DNA of 64,000 nt from an uncultured Holophagales bacterium (GTDB taxonomy: Bacteria; Acidobacteriota; Thermoanaerobaculia; Multivoradales; UBA5704), in the NCBI GenBank assembly GCA_963842525.1, contig CAWJGT010000006.1, positions 64,001-128,000 on the forward strand, given 5' to 3'. A model generated the notes under the pieces. That model did not search any database. It was not told the origin of the DNA and saw only the letters and a program-made list of their open reading frames with translations. The first letter of the stretch is position 1. Each line of letters opens with the position of its first letter. Of this stretch, positions 50,414 through 61,701 are shown one piece after another. The translations under genes were made by a program, and so were the position numbers.

Positions 50414-50611
50414 GAGCCTCAGAGAGGCTCAGGCGTGTAGCCCGGGGTCAGGCGCGACGAAGGAGCGACGACCCCGGGTGAGGAGGCCCATTTTTCTCCA
50501 AGCCCCAGAGGGGCGGCAGCAGATTCGTTTGGGCAACGGGTTTGCTGCCGCCCCTCTGGGGCTTGGGAATATTTTTCGTTTCCAGACCCGGGGTCGCCGC
50601 TCCTTCGTCGC
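50414..50611. repeat. Large nested hairpin, REP-like family 2
   Basis: 50454-50479 pairs with 50586-50611 and 50498-50521 pairs with 50543-50566; contains gtagcccggggt and agccccagaggggcggca. Confidence 0.85.
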
Positions 50612-51346
50612 TTGCATTGCGCCAGCGGAGCTTGCAACGCCTTGGCGGAGCTTACGGCGAGCCAACGTAAGCTTACATCGGCATAGCGGAGCTTACATCG
50701 CGCCAGCGGAGCTTACGCTGAGCCGGCGTAAGCTTGCATCGCGCCAGCGGAGCTTGCAACGGCCTAGCGGAGCTTGCAACGAGCCAGCGTAAGCTTACAT
50801 CGGCGTGGCGGAGCTTACATCGAGCCAGCGGAGCTTACGCTGAGCCGATGTAAGCTTGCATTGCGCCAGCGGAGCTTGCAACGGTCTGGCGGAGCTTACG
50901 CTGAGCCAACGTAAGCTTACATCGGCGTGGCGGAGCTTACATCGGGCCAGCGGAGCTTACGCTGAGCCGTCGTAAGCTTACGGCGAGCCGTCGTAAGCTC
51001 CGCTGAGGTAATGCAAGCTCCGCCAAGCCCACGTAAGCTTGCTCTGAGACGCCGCAAGCTCCGCCAGGACGGCCCAAGCTCCGCCAAAACACCAGCAGCT
51101 TGCGACAAGGCGATGTAAGCTCCGCTGAAGCAACCCAGGCTCCGCCAAGACAGCCCAAGCTTGCACGGAGGCGCCACAAGCTCCGCCAAGACGACCCAAG
51201 CTCCGCCAAGACGCCAGAAGCTTGCGACGAAATGGCGCAAGCTCCGCTCAAGCGACCCAAGCTCCGCCAAGACACCCGAGCTTGCCTTGAGCCGAGGCGA
51301 GATCCGCTGAGGCACCGTAAGCTCCTCCAAGACGCCACAAGCTTGC
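50608..51346. repeat. Inverted array of ~37 AGCT-core units with 20/20/21 bp spacing (61-bp higher-order period)
   Basis: Left arm units GCGGAGCTTRC, GCGGAGCTTRC, GTAAGCTTRC; right arm their reverse complement (AAGCTCCGC, AAGCTTG). Inversion centre at about 50985. Confidence 0.92.
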
Positions 51347-51348
51347 CG

Positions 51349-51783
51349 CTAGCCAAGGCAAGGCTCCGCGTCCTCCCGCGGGGCGCCGAGCGGGATCGGC
51401 TGGCCGTTGCGGTCGACGTGGACGTACACGACCTCGGCCTCGGTGACCTTGACCGTGCCGCTGCTCACCCCGTGCGGTCCTCGTTCGGCTTCCACCGTCA
51501 CTTTCACCGTGATCGAGGTCCGGCCCAGCCGTAAGGTCTCGGTATAGAAGCTCACCAGGTCGCCGACGAAGACCGGCGCGTGGAACACCACCTCGCGCAT
51601 GGCCACGGTCACCAGCCGGCCCGGAGCGTGCCGGTGGGCCTCCACCGCTCCGGCCTGGTCGATGTAGGAGAGAATGATGCCGCCGAAGATCGTGCCCAGG
51701 GCGTTCGTGTCCTTGGGCATCAGGATCACCCGGATGGCCGGCTGCACCGGCCCGGTCCCGCGGTCCACTGCCGTCTCGTTCAT
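51349..51783 (-). CDS. Acyl-CoA thioesterase (hotdog fold, YciA-like)
   Basis: [37 protein letters not shown]. Confidence 0.92.
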   Translation of the reverse strand: MNETAVDRGTGPVQPAIRVILMPKDTNALGTIFGGIILSYIDQAGAVEAHRHAPGRLVTVAMREVVFHAPVFVGDLVSFYTETLRLGRTSITVKVTVEAERGPHGVSSGTVKVTEAEVVYVHVDRNGQPIPLGAPREDAEPCLG

Positions 51784-51888
51784 GCGCTCCCTCGATCCTT
51801 TCAGGACAGCACGGACCCCGGGTGTGGGCCCGGAGCCTTGCGGCCTCATGTTATCCTAGGCACTTCCGAGCGCGGCCCGTCGACACAC

Positions 51889-52494
51889 ATGCCGGATACG
51901 GACTCGATTTCAGCACGAACCGGCCCTTCGGGCTCTCTGCCCGATGCGGCGTTGCTGCGCCTCGTCAGCGAGGGCCGGACGGAGGCGCTGGCCGCGCTGT
52001 ACGACCGCCACGCGCCCACCCTCCTCGCCCTCGCCCGGCGCATCCTGGGCGACACCGGCGAGGCCGGCGACGTCGTGCAGGAGGTCTTCCTCCACGCCTG
52101 GAACCGCGCCGCCCGGTACGATGCGACACGCTCGTCGGTCTCGACCTGGCTGGTGCTGATCGCCCGCAGCCGCGCCATCGACCGCCTCCGTCATCGCGGC
52201 GTGGTGGAGCGGACCCACGAGGCGGCGCACCACGACCAGCCGGCCGGGCATGCATCCCCCGACGGGGCCGAAGCCGTATTCCTCCGAGAGCGGCGGGAGC
52301 GGGTGCGGCGCGAGCTGGACAATCTGCCGCCCGAACAGAGGCAGGTCCTGGAGATGGCCTTCTACGAGGGCCTCACCCAGACCGAGATCGCCGCCCGGGC
52401 CGACCTGCCCCTGGGCACGGTGAAGACGCGGACCCTGTTGGCGATGAAAAAGCTGCGGAACAGTTTGCGTTCCGAGGTCAGGCAACTGCTGTGA
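51889..52494 (+). CDS. ECF sigma-70 factor (SigK-like)
   Basis: ALYDRHA, DVVQEVF, TWLVLIARSRAIDRLR, LPPEQR...EGLTQTEIA...PLGTVKTR. Confidence 0.93.
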   Translation: MPDTDSISARTGPSGSLPDAALLRLVSEGRTEALAALYDRHAPTLLALARRILGDTGEAGDVVQEVFLHAWNRAARYDATRSSVSTWLVLIARSRAIDRLRHRGVVERTHEAAHHDQPAGHASPDGAEAVFLRERRERVRRELDNLPPEQRQVLEMAFYEGLTQTEIAARADLPLGTVKTRTLLAMKKLRNSLRSEVRQLL

Positions 52495-53471
52495 GTCAGG
52501 ACACGCAACCGGAAGACCGGACCATCCTCGCCGCGATCGAGGCCCTCGAACGAGGCGGTGACGCCCTCGAGCCGGGGGCGGACGCCGACGAGACCGCCGA
52601 GACGCTGGCGCGCCTCTATGCCGAGGTGCTCGGCCTGATCGCCTATGAGCTCGATCCCGTGGCTCCGCCGCCCGAGGTCAAGCAGCGCCTGATGGCGGCG
52701 ATCGCTGGCGAGGCGTCGCCCCAGGCGCCCCAGGCCCAGACCGAGCAGGCAGTGCCCCGGCCCGCGCCGGTCCCGACTCCCGCCCGGGAAGCCGCCGCCG
52801 TCCCGCCGCCCGCCCCATCCGTCCGCCCCTCGCAGGAGGTACCGGCTGCGTCTCCGGCCCCACCGACCTCGCGCGTGCCGCTTCGGCCGCCGGCGGTCTC
52901 GCGTCCTCCCAGGCGCTGGCCGGTGCTGTTGGCCGCATCCCTGGCCCTCATCTTCGCCGGGTCGTCCGCTTGGCTCTACGATCAGTGGATCACAGAGCAG
53001 ACGAAGACTACGCAGCTCGGGCAGTTGCTCGAAGAGGAGCGCCGCCGGGGCCTCCAAGGAAACGAGCCGGTCGAAGATCTGCGTGCCCAGCTCGCCAGCC
53101 TGCGCGAGAAGCTCAACATGGTCACCACCCCCGCGGTCGAGGTCAGTCCCCTGCGCCCGGAGGGGCGGCTCCAGCCCCAGGCGCGCGGCCTCCTTTTCGT
53201 CGCCGCCGACCACAAGCACTGGTATCTCAATGTCGAGGGCCTCCAGCCTGCGGACGCGGACAAGGTCTACCAGCTCTGGTGGATGGCGCCCGAGGGACCC
53301 GTGAGCGGCGGCACCTTCATCGCCCGTCCCGGCGAGCGGATCGAGCTGAGCTCCGAGACCATGCCTGCCGGCACCACCGCCGCCGTCGTCACCCTCGAAA
53401 ACGCCGGCGGCGCCCCCGCGCCCACCGGTCCTGCGGTTCTGCGCTCGACAGGGATCCGGCAGCTCTCGTAA
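52491..53471 (+). CDS. Anti-sigma factor, RskA-like
   Basis: GTG overlaps the sigma stop codon; PPPEVKQRL, one TM helix, VYQLW, PVSGGTF, AVVTLE..GG...PTGP. Confidence 0.88.
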   Translation: MSQDTQPEDRTILAAIEALERGGDALEPGADADETAETLARLYAEVLGLIAYELDPVAPPPEVKQRLMAAIAGEASPQAPQAQTEQAVPRPAPVPTPAREAAAVPPPAPSVRPSQEVPAASPAPPTSRVPLRPPAVSRPPRRWPVLLAASLALIFAGSSAWLYDQWITEQTKTTQLGQLLEEERRRGLQGNEPVEDLRAQLASLREKLNMVTTPAVEVSPLRPEGRLQPQARGLLFVAADHKHWYLNVEGLQPADADKVYQLWWMAPEGPVSGGTFIARPGERIELSSETMPAGTTAAVVTLENAGGAPAPTGPAVLRSTGIRQLS

Positions 53472-53514
53472 GACAGGGCTCCGTCCAGCGCTCGCGGAAC
53501 GGCTCCGCATGCGT

Positions 53515-53572
53515 TCCCCCTCTCCCGGGGATAGGGTGGGTGGGAGATGGGAGAGGGGGACAGGGGGTGAGG
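53515..53572. repeat. Family-1 REP (intergenic)
   Basis: tccccctctcccggggatagggtgggtgggagatgggagagggggacagggggtgagg. Confidence 0.8.
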
Positions 53573-53611
53573 TCTTTTTCCGGCACACGCTGTGCATTCC
53601 GCATCTTTACG

Positions 53612-55699
<2,088 letters not shown>

Positions 55700-55786
55700 A
55701 ATGGCGCCAGAGGCTCTGGCGCGGGCCTTGCTATTTTCCTCCCTGGGGAGGATTTGTCCTCCCGGCACACCGAGAAGGAGGTGCTC

Positions 55787-56323
55787 ATGCAGGTTCCCCT
55801 GGAGATTTCGACCAAGCTGATCGAGCTGTCCCCCGACCTTGAAGCCGACCTGCGGCGGCGTGCGGCCAAGCTGGAGCGCTTCTACGACCGGCTGACGAGC
55901 TGCCGGATCGCCGTCGAACGCGAGAGCTTGCACCACCAGGACGGCGGCCCGTTCCGGGTCCGCATCGATATCACGGTCCCCGGCACCGAGCTGGTCGCCA
56001 AGAAGCAGTCGGAAGACCTGAACGTAGCGATCCGCGACGCCTTCCAGGCCGCCGAGCGCCAGGTCGAAGAGTTTTCCCAGCGCCGGCGCGGCGAGGTCAA
56101 GACCCCGGTGCTCCCGCCGGAGGGCAACGTCGTCAGGATCTTCTCCGAGGACGGGTTCGGCTTCATCACCGCCGAGGACGGCCGCGAGGTCTACTTCCAC
56201 CGCAACGCCGTGCTCGACGACTTCGAGGCTCTGGAGGTCGGCTCGCGCGTCCGGTTCGCGGAGGAGCAGGGGATCGAGGGGCCTCAAGCGAGCACGGTCA
56301 GCCTCGTCGGAAAGGGGGACTGA
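55787..56323 (+). CDS. HPF/RaiA ribosome-associated domain fused to a cold-shock domain
   Basis: KLERFYDRLTSCRI...VRIDITVPG...AIRDAF, then GFGFI...EVYFHRNAV...GPQASTV; AAGGAGG RBS. Confidence 0.9.
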   Translation: MQVPLEISTKLIELSPDLEADLRRRAAKLERFYDRLTSCRIAVERESLHHQDGGPFRVRIDITVPGTELVAKKQSEDLNVAIRDAFQAAERQVEEFSQRRRGEVKTPVLPPEGNVVRIFSEDGFGFITAEDGREVYFHRNAVLDDFEALEVGSRVRFAEEQGIEGPQASTVSLVGKGD

Positions 56324-56374
56324 GCCCGACCGCAGGCTCGACAGACCGTTTCTGAGGCGGAGCCTTCCTGAGGT

Positions 56375-56413
56375 CCCGGACCGGCTTGGAGGCCGGCCGG
56401 GCTTTTCGTTTTT
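56375..56413 (+). terminator. Probable intrinsic terminator
   Basis: cccggaccggcttggaggccggccggg hairpin followed by cttttcgttttt. Confidence 0.5.
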
Positions 56414-56568
56414 CCGAGGAGATTTGGGATCAGCCGTGTAAAAAAGAATCAGGGAGGAGATGGGCCGTGGCGTGCTCGGAGCGCCTCCTGGATGTAACGG
56501 CCCACCTTCTCCCTCTGCACCCACCCTCTCTCCCGCCTGGAAAAGAAAGCAAATTTCTTGCCAGTTCT

Positions 56569-57909
56569 TCAGCAGCCGGCGCCGCAGCGCCGGAGGACGG
56601 TCGAGACCTCCTCGACAAGCCCGAGCGTGAGCTGTTCCATCTCGGCCGCCTTCTGGAAGACGATGAGGGCCGCGAGCGCCTCCTGCGGGACCTCGCAGGA
56701 CCGGAAGATGGGCAGGATCTCTCCGGCGAGCCGCTTCACGTCGGCGGTGCGGCCCGTCCGGGCGTAGAGCGCCGCGAGATCGAGCGACGCCAGGGCGACG
56801 TCGAAGGCGATGTGGTCCGTGGTGAAAGCCTCTTTGACATACAGGAAGATCTCCTCGGCTTCGGCGGTCTGCCCGAGCGCGGCGGCGATCCGCCCCTCGA
56901 GCCAGCGCAGGCGGAGCAGGTCGTGCGGCGTGCCGGCCTGTTCCAGACGGCGCCACGCCTCCGGGATGAGTGCGGCGGCTTCGTGCACCTCGCCGCTGTC
57001 GAAGAGGCAGCTCAGGAGGTTGAAGTGGCTGGCGACCACGGCCCGTGGTTCTTCGCGGCCGTCGAGCAGGTCGAGGCCCAGGCGATAGCAATCTGCGCCC
57101 GCGTGGAGATCGCCCTTGTACTGCAGCGCCAGGCCCTTGGCCACCACGGCCAGTCCCTGCAGGTGAAGCTCTCCGACCTCCCGAAGGAGGGCGATCGCCT
57201 CGTCGAAGAGCTGGACCGATTCGTCGAAGCGGCGCTGGCCGCGGCGCAGGGACCCCTTGAGCTCCAGGATCAGGGCCTCGTCCAGCGGGTCGAGCCAACT
57301 GTTGGCGAAGTACATCCCGGCCCTGCGGAAGGCCTGTTCGGCCTGGCGGAAGTCCGCGAGGACGCGCAGGCAGTTGCCGAGCCACGCCCAGGCCCTCGTC
57401 TGAATCGCCTCGACCGCGCCCGGGCCGTAGAGGTCCGGATCGAGGTCCTCGGCGATCTCCAGGGCCAGGCGCAGCTCCTCTTCCGCCCTGCGGGGCTCCA
57501 CCAGCACCGTCCACCGGGCCTCGTCGACGAGGAGCTCGCACAGGCCCCGGGTCCGGTAGCGGCGGTCGCCGGCGATCCGGTGGCGGACCTCTGCGAATCC
57601 CTCGCCCCTCAGCTCGTGCCAGAGCTCTTGCGCCGTGCCCCGTTCGCGCTGGATCGACGCCCTCCGCTCGGCCGCCGCCGGGCACATCTCCGCGAGAGCC
57701 CCCTGGAGGAGGCCCCGGTACCCACTCTCGGCCTCGGCCATGGCTCGAAAGCTCACCGGACCCTCCCGGGACGAGAGGAGCCGGAGCAGCCGCTCCTCGC
57801 AGGGGCGGCAGGTGACCAGATGACGCTGGAGAGCCCAGCTCCCTTCCTGCGGGAGGCGGTCGTTCAGGAACTTCTCGAGCGTTGCGCTGTCAGGGTGCCA
57901 GTCGCTCAT
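56569..57909 (-). CDS. TPR-like helical-repeat protein with N-terminal ZAS/zf-HC2 zinc finger
   Basis: H5...H30-LVT-C-RP-C; repeats such as AWAWLGNCLRVLADFRQAEQAF, LKGSLRRGQRRFDESVQLF, LEGRIAAALGQTAEAEEIF, ALASLDLAALY. Confidence 0.82.
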   Translation of the reverse strand: MSDWHPDSATLEKFLNDRLPQEGSWALQRHLVTCRPCEERLLRLLSSREGPVSFRAMAEAESGYRGLLQGALAEMCPAAAERRASIQRERGTAQELWHELRGEGFAEVRHRIAGDRRYRTRGLCELLVDEARWTVLVEPRRAEEELRLALEIAEDLDPDLYGPGAVEAIQTRAWAWLGNCLRVLADFRQAEQAFRRAGMYFANSWLDPLDEALILELKGSLRRGQRRFDESVQLFDEAIALLREVGELHLQGLAVVAKGLALQYKGDLHAGADCYRLGLDLLDGREEPRAVVASHFNLLSCLFDSGEVHEAAALIPEAWRRLEQAGTPHDLLRLRWLEGRIAAALGQTAEAEEIFLYVKEAFTTDHIAFDVALASLDLAALYARTGRTADVKRLAGEILPIFRSCEVPQEALAALIVFQKAAEMEQLTLGLVEEVSTVLRRCGAGC

Positions 57910-57982
57910 GAAAAAGCCCTCCTGCGGGCAGACATCTTCACTTCTTCACTTCAGCGTAAATCTTACCTACGGATGCCGTCCC

Positions 57983-58282
57983 TCACGGCGTTCCGGGTGG
58001 TCTGGGCGGCCTCCCGAACGGATCGATCCCGACCCCTTCCCAGCCGCCGGGACTCGTGGGGTCGTGATGGACGGGCCCGGCGTTGTCCATCTGGAAGACA
58101 CCCAGCAGATCGGCGATCGGCTGGGCGAGCTTGCGGATGACGAGCTCGAGCTGCTGGATGCCGATCGAATCCCCTTCCCGGAGGCTCCGTCCTGCCGGAG
58201 CGGCCTCCGCCGCGGGCAGGAAGAGCAGTCCGAGAGCGAGCACCAGACCGGCCACGAGACGAACCAGAGTGCTGCGTGACAT
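57983..58282 (-). CDS. Small secreted protein / putative peptide precursor (99 aa) with C-terminal EGVGIDPFG motif
   Basis: AAGGGAG RBS; Sec signal peptide ending AEA-A; helical middle; low-complexity tail GGWEGVGIDPFGRPP. Confidence 0.72.
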   Translation of the reverse strand: MSRSTLVRLVAGLVLALGLLFLPAAEAAPAGRSLREGDSIGIQQLELVIRKLAQPIADLLGVFQMDNAGPVHHDPTSPGGWEGVGIDPFGRPPRPPGTP

Positions 58283-58549
58283 CGGTTCTCCCTTCGTGAC
58301 GGCGCAATCAGCAACCACTACGGCCGCTGCGGCCGTCACTTGCAGTTGCCCCGGTCCCTGGGAGCCGGCTCTCGAACGTAGACCAGAGATACTGACTCGA
58401 CTATACATCTATCCAGCCGGTAAGAGAAGCGGGTGCTTGCCCCGCGCGCTTGCCCCGGTTCCCGGTCTTGCGCTCGTGGAACAGAGATGATGAGATAGTT
58501 GGTCACAAATATGGCCCGCAGGAGGGGCTGCCCCGAAAGGAGGCGTACG

Positions 58550-59413
58550 GTGAGTGAAATCGAGAGTCGCGGCTACGTTCACCCCGATGTCCTGGTCTCC
58601 ACGGATTGGGTGGCGCAGCATCTGGACGATCCCGGCGTGCGGATCGTGGAGTCGAACGAGGACCCGCTCCTCTATTCGACCGGGCACATTCCCGGTGCGG
58701 TGGAGGTGGATTGGACCCGGGATCTGAACGATCCGGTGCGGCGCGACTACCTGGGCCGGGACGGGTTCGAGCGCCTGATGCGGCGGATCGGGGTGACGCC
58801 GGATACCACCATCGTCCTCTACGGCGACCGCAACAACTGGTGGGCCACCTACGCCTACTGGGTGTTCCAGCTCTTCGGGCACGGCAAGGCCAAGATCATG
58901 GACGGCGGCCGGATCAAGTGGGTCAAGGAGGAGCGGCCCCTGACGCGTGACGTGCCGGGCTACGCCGAGACCGGCTACCAGACCGCCGAGCGGGACGACG
59001 AGCGGATCCGGGCCTTCCGCGACCAGGTGCTGCACCACGTGGAGGGACAGGGGCGGATGATCGACGTGCGCAGCCCCCAGGAGTATTCGGGCGAACGGCT
59101 GCACATGCCGGAGTATCCGAACGAGGGCGCCCTGCGCGGCGGCCACATCCCCGGCGCGGCCAACGTCCCCTGGGCGCGGGCGATCAACGCCGAGGACGGC
59201 ACCTTCAAGACCGCCGACGAGCTGCGCTCGATCTACGAGGGAGAGGCGAAGCTCCAGAAGGACGACGACGTCATCGTCTACTGCCGCATCGGCGAGCGGA
59301 GCAGCCACACCTGGTTCGTGCTCACCCACCTGCTGGGCTACCGCCAAGTCCGCAACTATGATGGGAGCTGGACGGAGTGGGGCAACCTGGTGGGAGTCCC
59401 CATCGAACGCTGA
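58550..59413 (+). CDS. Two-domain thiosulfate/3-mercaptopyruvate sulfurtransferase (SseA/CysA-like)
   Basis: [24 protein letters not shown], active-site [17 protein letters not shown]. Confidence 0.95.
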   Translation: MSEIESRGYVHPDVLVSTDWVAQHLDDPGVRIVESNEDPLLYSTGHIPGAVEVDWTRDLNDPVRRDYLGRDGFERLMRRIGVTPDTTIVLYGDRNNWWATYAYWVFQLFGHGKAKIMDGGRIKWVKEERPLTRDVPGYAETGYQTAERDDERIRAFRDQVLHHVEGQGRMIDVRSPQEYSGERLHMPEYPNEGALRGGHIPGAANVPWARAINAEDGTFKTADELRSIYEGEAKLQKDDDVIVYCRIGERSSHTWFVLTHLLGYRQVRNYDGSWTEWGNLVGVPIER

Positions 59414-59424
59414 GGCCGCAGCAC

Positions 59425-59865
59425 ATGCCCGAAATGCCCGAGAAGCTGGCCCGCACCGTGGAGACCCTGGGGCTCGTCTCCGACCGGGCGGATCGCATCC
59501 AGCTCCTGATCGACATCGCCGACCGTTTCCGGGAGGTGCCGCCGCGCATCGCGCAGCGGCCCTTCCCGGAGGAAAGCCGGGTGCCGGCCTGCGAGTCCGA
59601 GGCCTACGTCTGGGCGGAGCCGCGGCCCGACGGCACCCTGGACTTCCACTTCGCGGTCGAGAACCCGCAGGGCGTCTCCGCGAAGTCGATGGCGGTCATC
59701 CTGGGGGACAGCCTCTCGGGAGCGCCGCTCGAGCAGGTCGCCGCGGTCCCCCAGGACGTCGTCTACAAGGTGTTCGGCAACGAGCTCTCCATGGGGAAGT
59801 CGATGGGCCTGATGGGCATGGTCTCGATGATCACCAACCTGGCCAAGAAACGCCTCACCGCCTAG
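59425..59865 (+). CDS. sufE: SufE-family sulfur acceptor protein
   Basis: RVPACESEAYVW with the conserved Cys; FAVENPQG; directly follows the sulfurtransferase. Confidence 0.8.
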   Translation: MPEMPEKLARTVETLGLVSDRADRIQLLIDIADRFREVPPRIAQRPFPEESRVPACESEAYVWAEPRPDGTLDFHFAVENPQGVSAKSMAVILGDSLSGAPLEQVAAVPQDVVYKVFGNELSMGKSMGLMGMVSMITNLAKKRLTA

Positions 59866-59867
59866 TC

Positions 59868-59905
59868 GCCTCTCCCCATCGCCCCCTCTGCCCCCGGGAG
59901 AGGGA
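59868..59905. repeat. Degenerate family-1 REP
   Basis: cctctccccatcgccccctctgcccccgggagaggg. Confidence 0.6.
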
Positions 59906-59910
59906 GGACG

Positions 59911-59929
59911 CTTTGCTCCGCAAAGTACT
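59911..59929. promoter_or_regulatory. Palindromic operator CTTTG-N5-CAAAG-TACT abutting a TTGAC -35-like element
   Basis: ctttgctccgcaaagtact; a near-identical motif lies at 60974-60992. Confidence 0.6.
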
Positions 59930-59964
59930 TGACGTCCGGTCTCTTGCGGGCGTACAGTCCTCTC

Positions 59965-60579
59965 GTGGCCGATCCGCAACGCGCCCGCCCGCACCCGGTC
60001 CCTCCGCCCGCCCTCCACCTGCGGGCCCTGGACCACTTGCGCTTCATCCGCGAGACCATGGAGGGGGCGGCCTTCTTCACCGCCGTCTCCGGGATCGGGG
60101 AGGTCGCCGTCGGCGTGACCGCGGTAGGCGCCGCCTGGCTCGCCGCGCGCCAGAGCACGCCCGCGGCCTGGCTCACGGTCTGGCTCCTGGATGCCCTGCT
60201 CGGCGCGCTGCTCAGCATCGGCGCCATCGTCTGGAAGGCGCGGCGGAGCGACATCAGCCTGGTGTCGGGGCCGGTCCGCCGCTTCGCGCTCGGCCTCCTG
60301 CCGCCCTTCCTCGCCGGCGGGGTGCTGACGGCCGTCCTCTTCTCCCAGGGCGCCTACGACGTTCTCCCCGGCCTCTGGCTCCTCCTCTACGGCACCGGCG
60401 TGGTCACCGGCGGCGCCTATTCGGTGCGCATCGTGCCGGTCATGGGCCTCGCCTTCATGGCCCTGGGCGCGCTCGCCCTGGTCGCGCCGCCGGCCTGGGG
60501 GGATGCCTTCCTGGCGGCGGGATTCGGCGGCCTGCACATCCTCTTCGGGGCGATGATCGCCTGGAGGCACGGTGGCTAG
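59965..60579 (+). CDS. Conserved hypothetical membrane protein (~6 TM)
   Basis: ALDHLRFIRETME N-terminus, hydrophobic helices, GFGGLHILFG C-terminus; coupled to the wHTH gene. Confidence 0.8.
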   Translation: MADPQRARPHPVPPPALHLRALDHLRFIRETMEGAAFFTAVSGIGEVAVGVTAVGAAWLAARQSTPAAWLTVWLLDALLGALLSIGAIVWKARRSDISLVSGPVRRFALGLLPPFLAGGVLTAVLFSQGAYDVLPGLWLLLYGTGVVTGGAYSVRIVPVMGLAFMALGALALVAPPAWGDAFLAAGFGGLHILFGAMIAWRHGG

Positions 60580-60958
60580 GCGCGCGATCTCCCACACCTC
60601 GGAGCCGCCCGAGGACGGGCCCGGGGGTCCCGACGAGATGCGCGCGGAAGCGGCACCGCAGGCGGCGCTCGACCTCGATCGCCTGATCCACGAGCGGATC
60701 CGGCTGGGCATCGTCAGCGCCCTCGCCGTCAACGCGCACCTGAGCTTCAACGACTTGAAGAAGCTCCTCAAGACGACCGACGGCAACCTGAGCGTCCACG
60801 CGCGCAAGCTCGAAGAGGCGGGCTATCTCACCTGCCAGAAGTACTTCGAAGGCCGGGTCCCCAAGACCGAGTACCGTCTCACCCCGCCCGGCCGGCGCGC
60901 GCTCGAGCGCTATCTGGACCACATGGAAGCCATCATCCAGGCCACCCGGGAGGGGTAG
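60572..60958 (+). CDS. Winged-helix transcriptional regulator (HTH_34, MarR/ArsR-like)
   Basis: LDRLIHERIRLGI, TDGNLSVHARKLEEAGY, PKTEYRLTPPGRRAL. Confidence 0.9.
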   Translation: MARRAISHTSEPPEDGPGGPDEMRAEAAPQAALDLDRLIHERIRLGIVSALAVNAHLSFNDLKKLLKTTDGNLSVHARKLEEAGYLTCQKYFEGRVPKTEYRLTPPGRRALERYLDHMEAIIQATREG

Positions 60959-60973
60959 AGGCATGCCCCTCCA

Positions 60974-60992
60974 CTTTGTGAAACCAAGTACT
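60974..60992. promoter_or_regulatory. Second copy of the operator, CTTTG-N5-CCAAG-TACT
   Basis: ctttgtgaaaccaagtact immediately upstream of the ankyrin-uppS genes. Confidence 0.55.
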
Positions 60993-61008
60993 CTGTAGGG
61001 AGAGAAGA

Positions 61009-61701
61009 ATGCGCAGGGTCTTCCGGATGCTGCTTCTCGCCGCGGCCGTTGTCCTGGTCTGCGGCGGCGCTTTCGTGCTCTGGATGCTCAGCCGGCCCCG
61101 GCCCGAGCCGGAAGGCCCCGTGGCCCGGGCGGCGGCCGTGGGGTCAGTGGACACTCTGCGCCGCGAGCTCGCGGCCGGCGCTCCCGCCGATCGCATGGAC
61201 CCTCGGGGATTTACGCCCATGGTCTGGGCGGCCCGTGCCGGGCAGGCGGACGCGATCCCGGTGCTCGTCGAGTCCGGAGCCGACCCCGACCGGCGGGACC
61301 ATGCGCTCAACAGCTGGACGCCGCTCCTCCACGCCGTCCACACAGACCAGCTCGGCACCGTCCGTGCCCTGATCGCCGCCGGAGCCGACGTGAACCGCCC
61401 CTCGCCCAACGGGGCCACCCCGCTGCTGCTGGCGGCCGAGCAGGGCAATGCGGAGATCGTCGAAGAGCTGCTCGCTGCCGGGGCCGATCCCCGGGCGGAG
61501 ATCGACGGTTGTCCCAGGACCGTCCTGGGCCGCGCGGTCCTCGGCCACAATCCGCGGATCGTCGATGCGCTGCTGCGCAAAGACCCGGACCTGCCGTTCG
61601 ACCGCGGCCTGTGTGGCCGCGTGCTCCGCGGCTTCAACCGTCTGCGCGACAGCTCGTCGGTCGTCGCCCGGCTCGACGAGGTGCGGAGGAGCCACCGGTG
61701 A
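61009..61701 (+). CDS. Membrane-anchored ankyrin-repeat protein
   Basis: N-terminal TM; [36 protein letters not shown] repeats. Confidence 0.9.
   Translation: MRRVFRMLLLAAAVVLVCGGAFVLWMLSRPRPEPEGPVARAAAVGSVDTLRRELAAGAPADRMDPRGFTPMVWAARAGQADAIPVLVESGADPDRRDHALNSWTPLLHAVHTDQLGTVRALIAAGADVNRPSPNGATPLLLAAEQGNAEIVEELLAAGADPRAEIDGCPRTVLGRAVLGHNPRIVDALLRKDPDLPFDRGLCGRVLRGFNRLRDSSSVVARLDEVRRSHR

Noticed and set aside
50608-51346. CRISPR array or TIGR-type guide array
   Set aside because: The conserved core is only ~9-11 bp, intervening sequences recur periodically instead of being unique, the array inverts mid-way, and no cas or Nop-domain gene is in the window.
50307-51534. ORFs overlapping the AGCT array (50307..50792, 50917..51330, 50937..51356, 51100..51534)
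   Set aside because: The 61-bp period cycles through all frames, giving the same AEL/RSL/GA words in each; there is no RBS or domain signal.
55787-56323. HPF-cold shock domain fusion as a novelty
   Set aside because: Already a known, widespread architecture.
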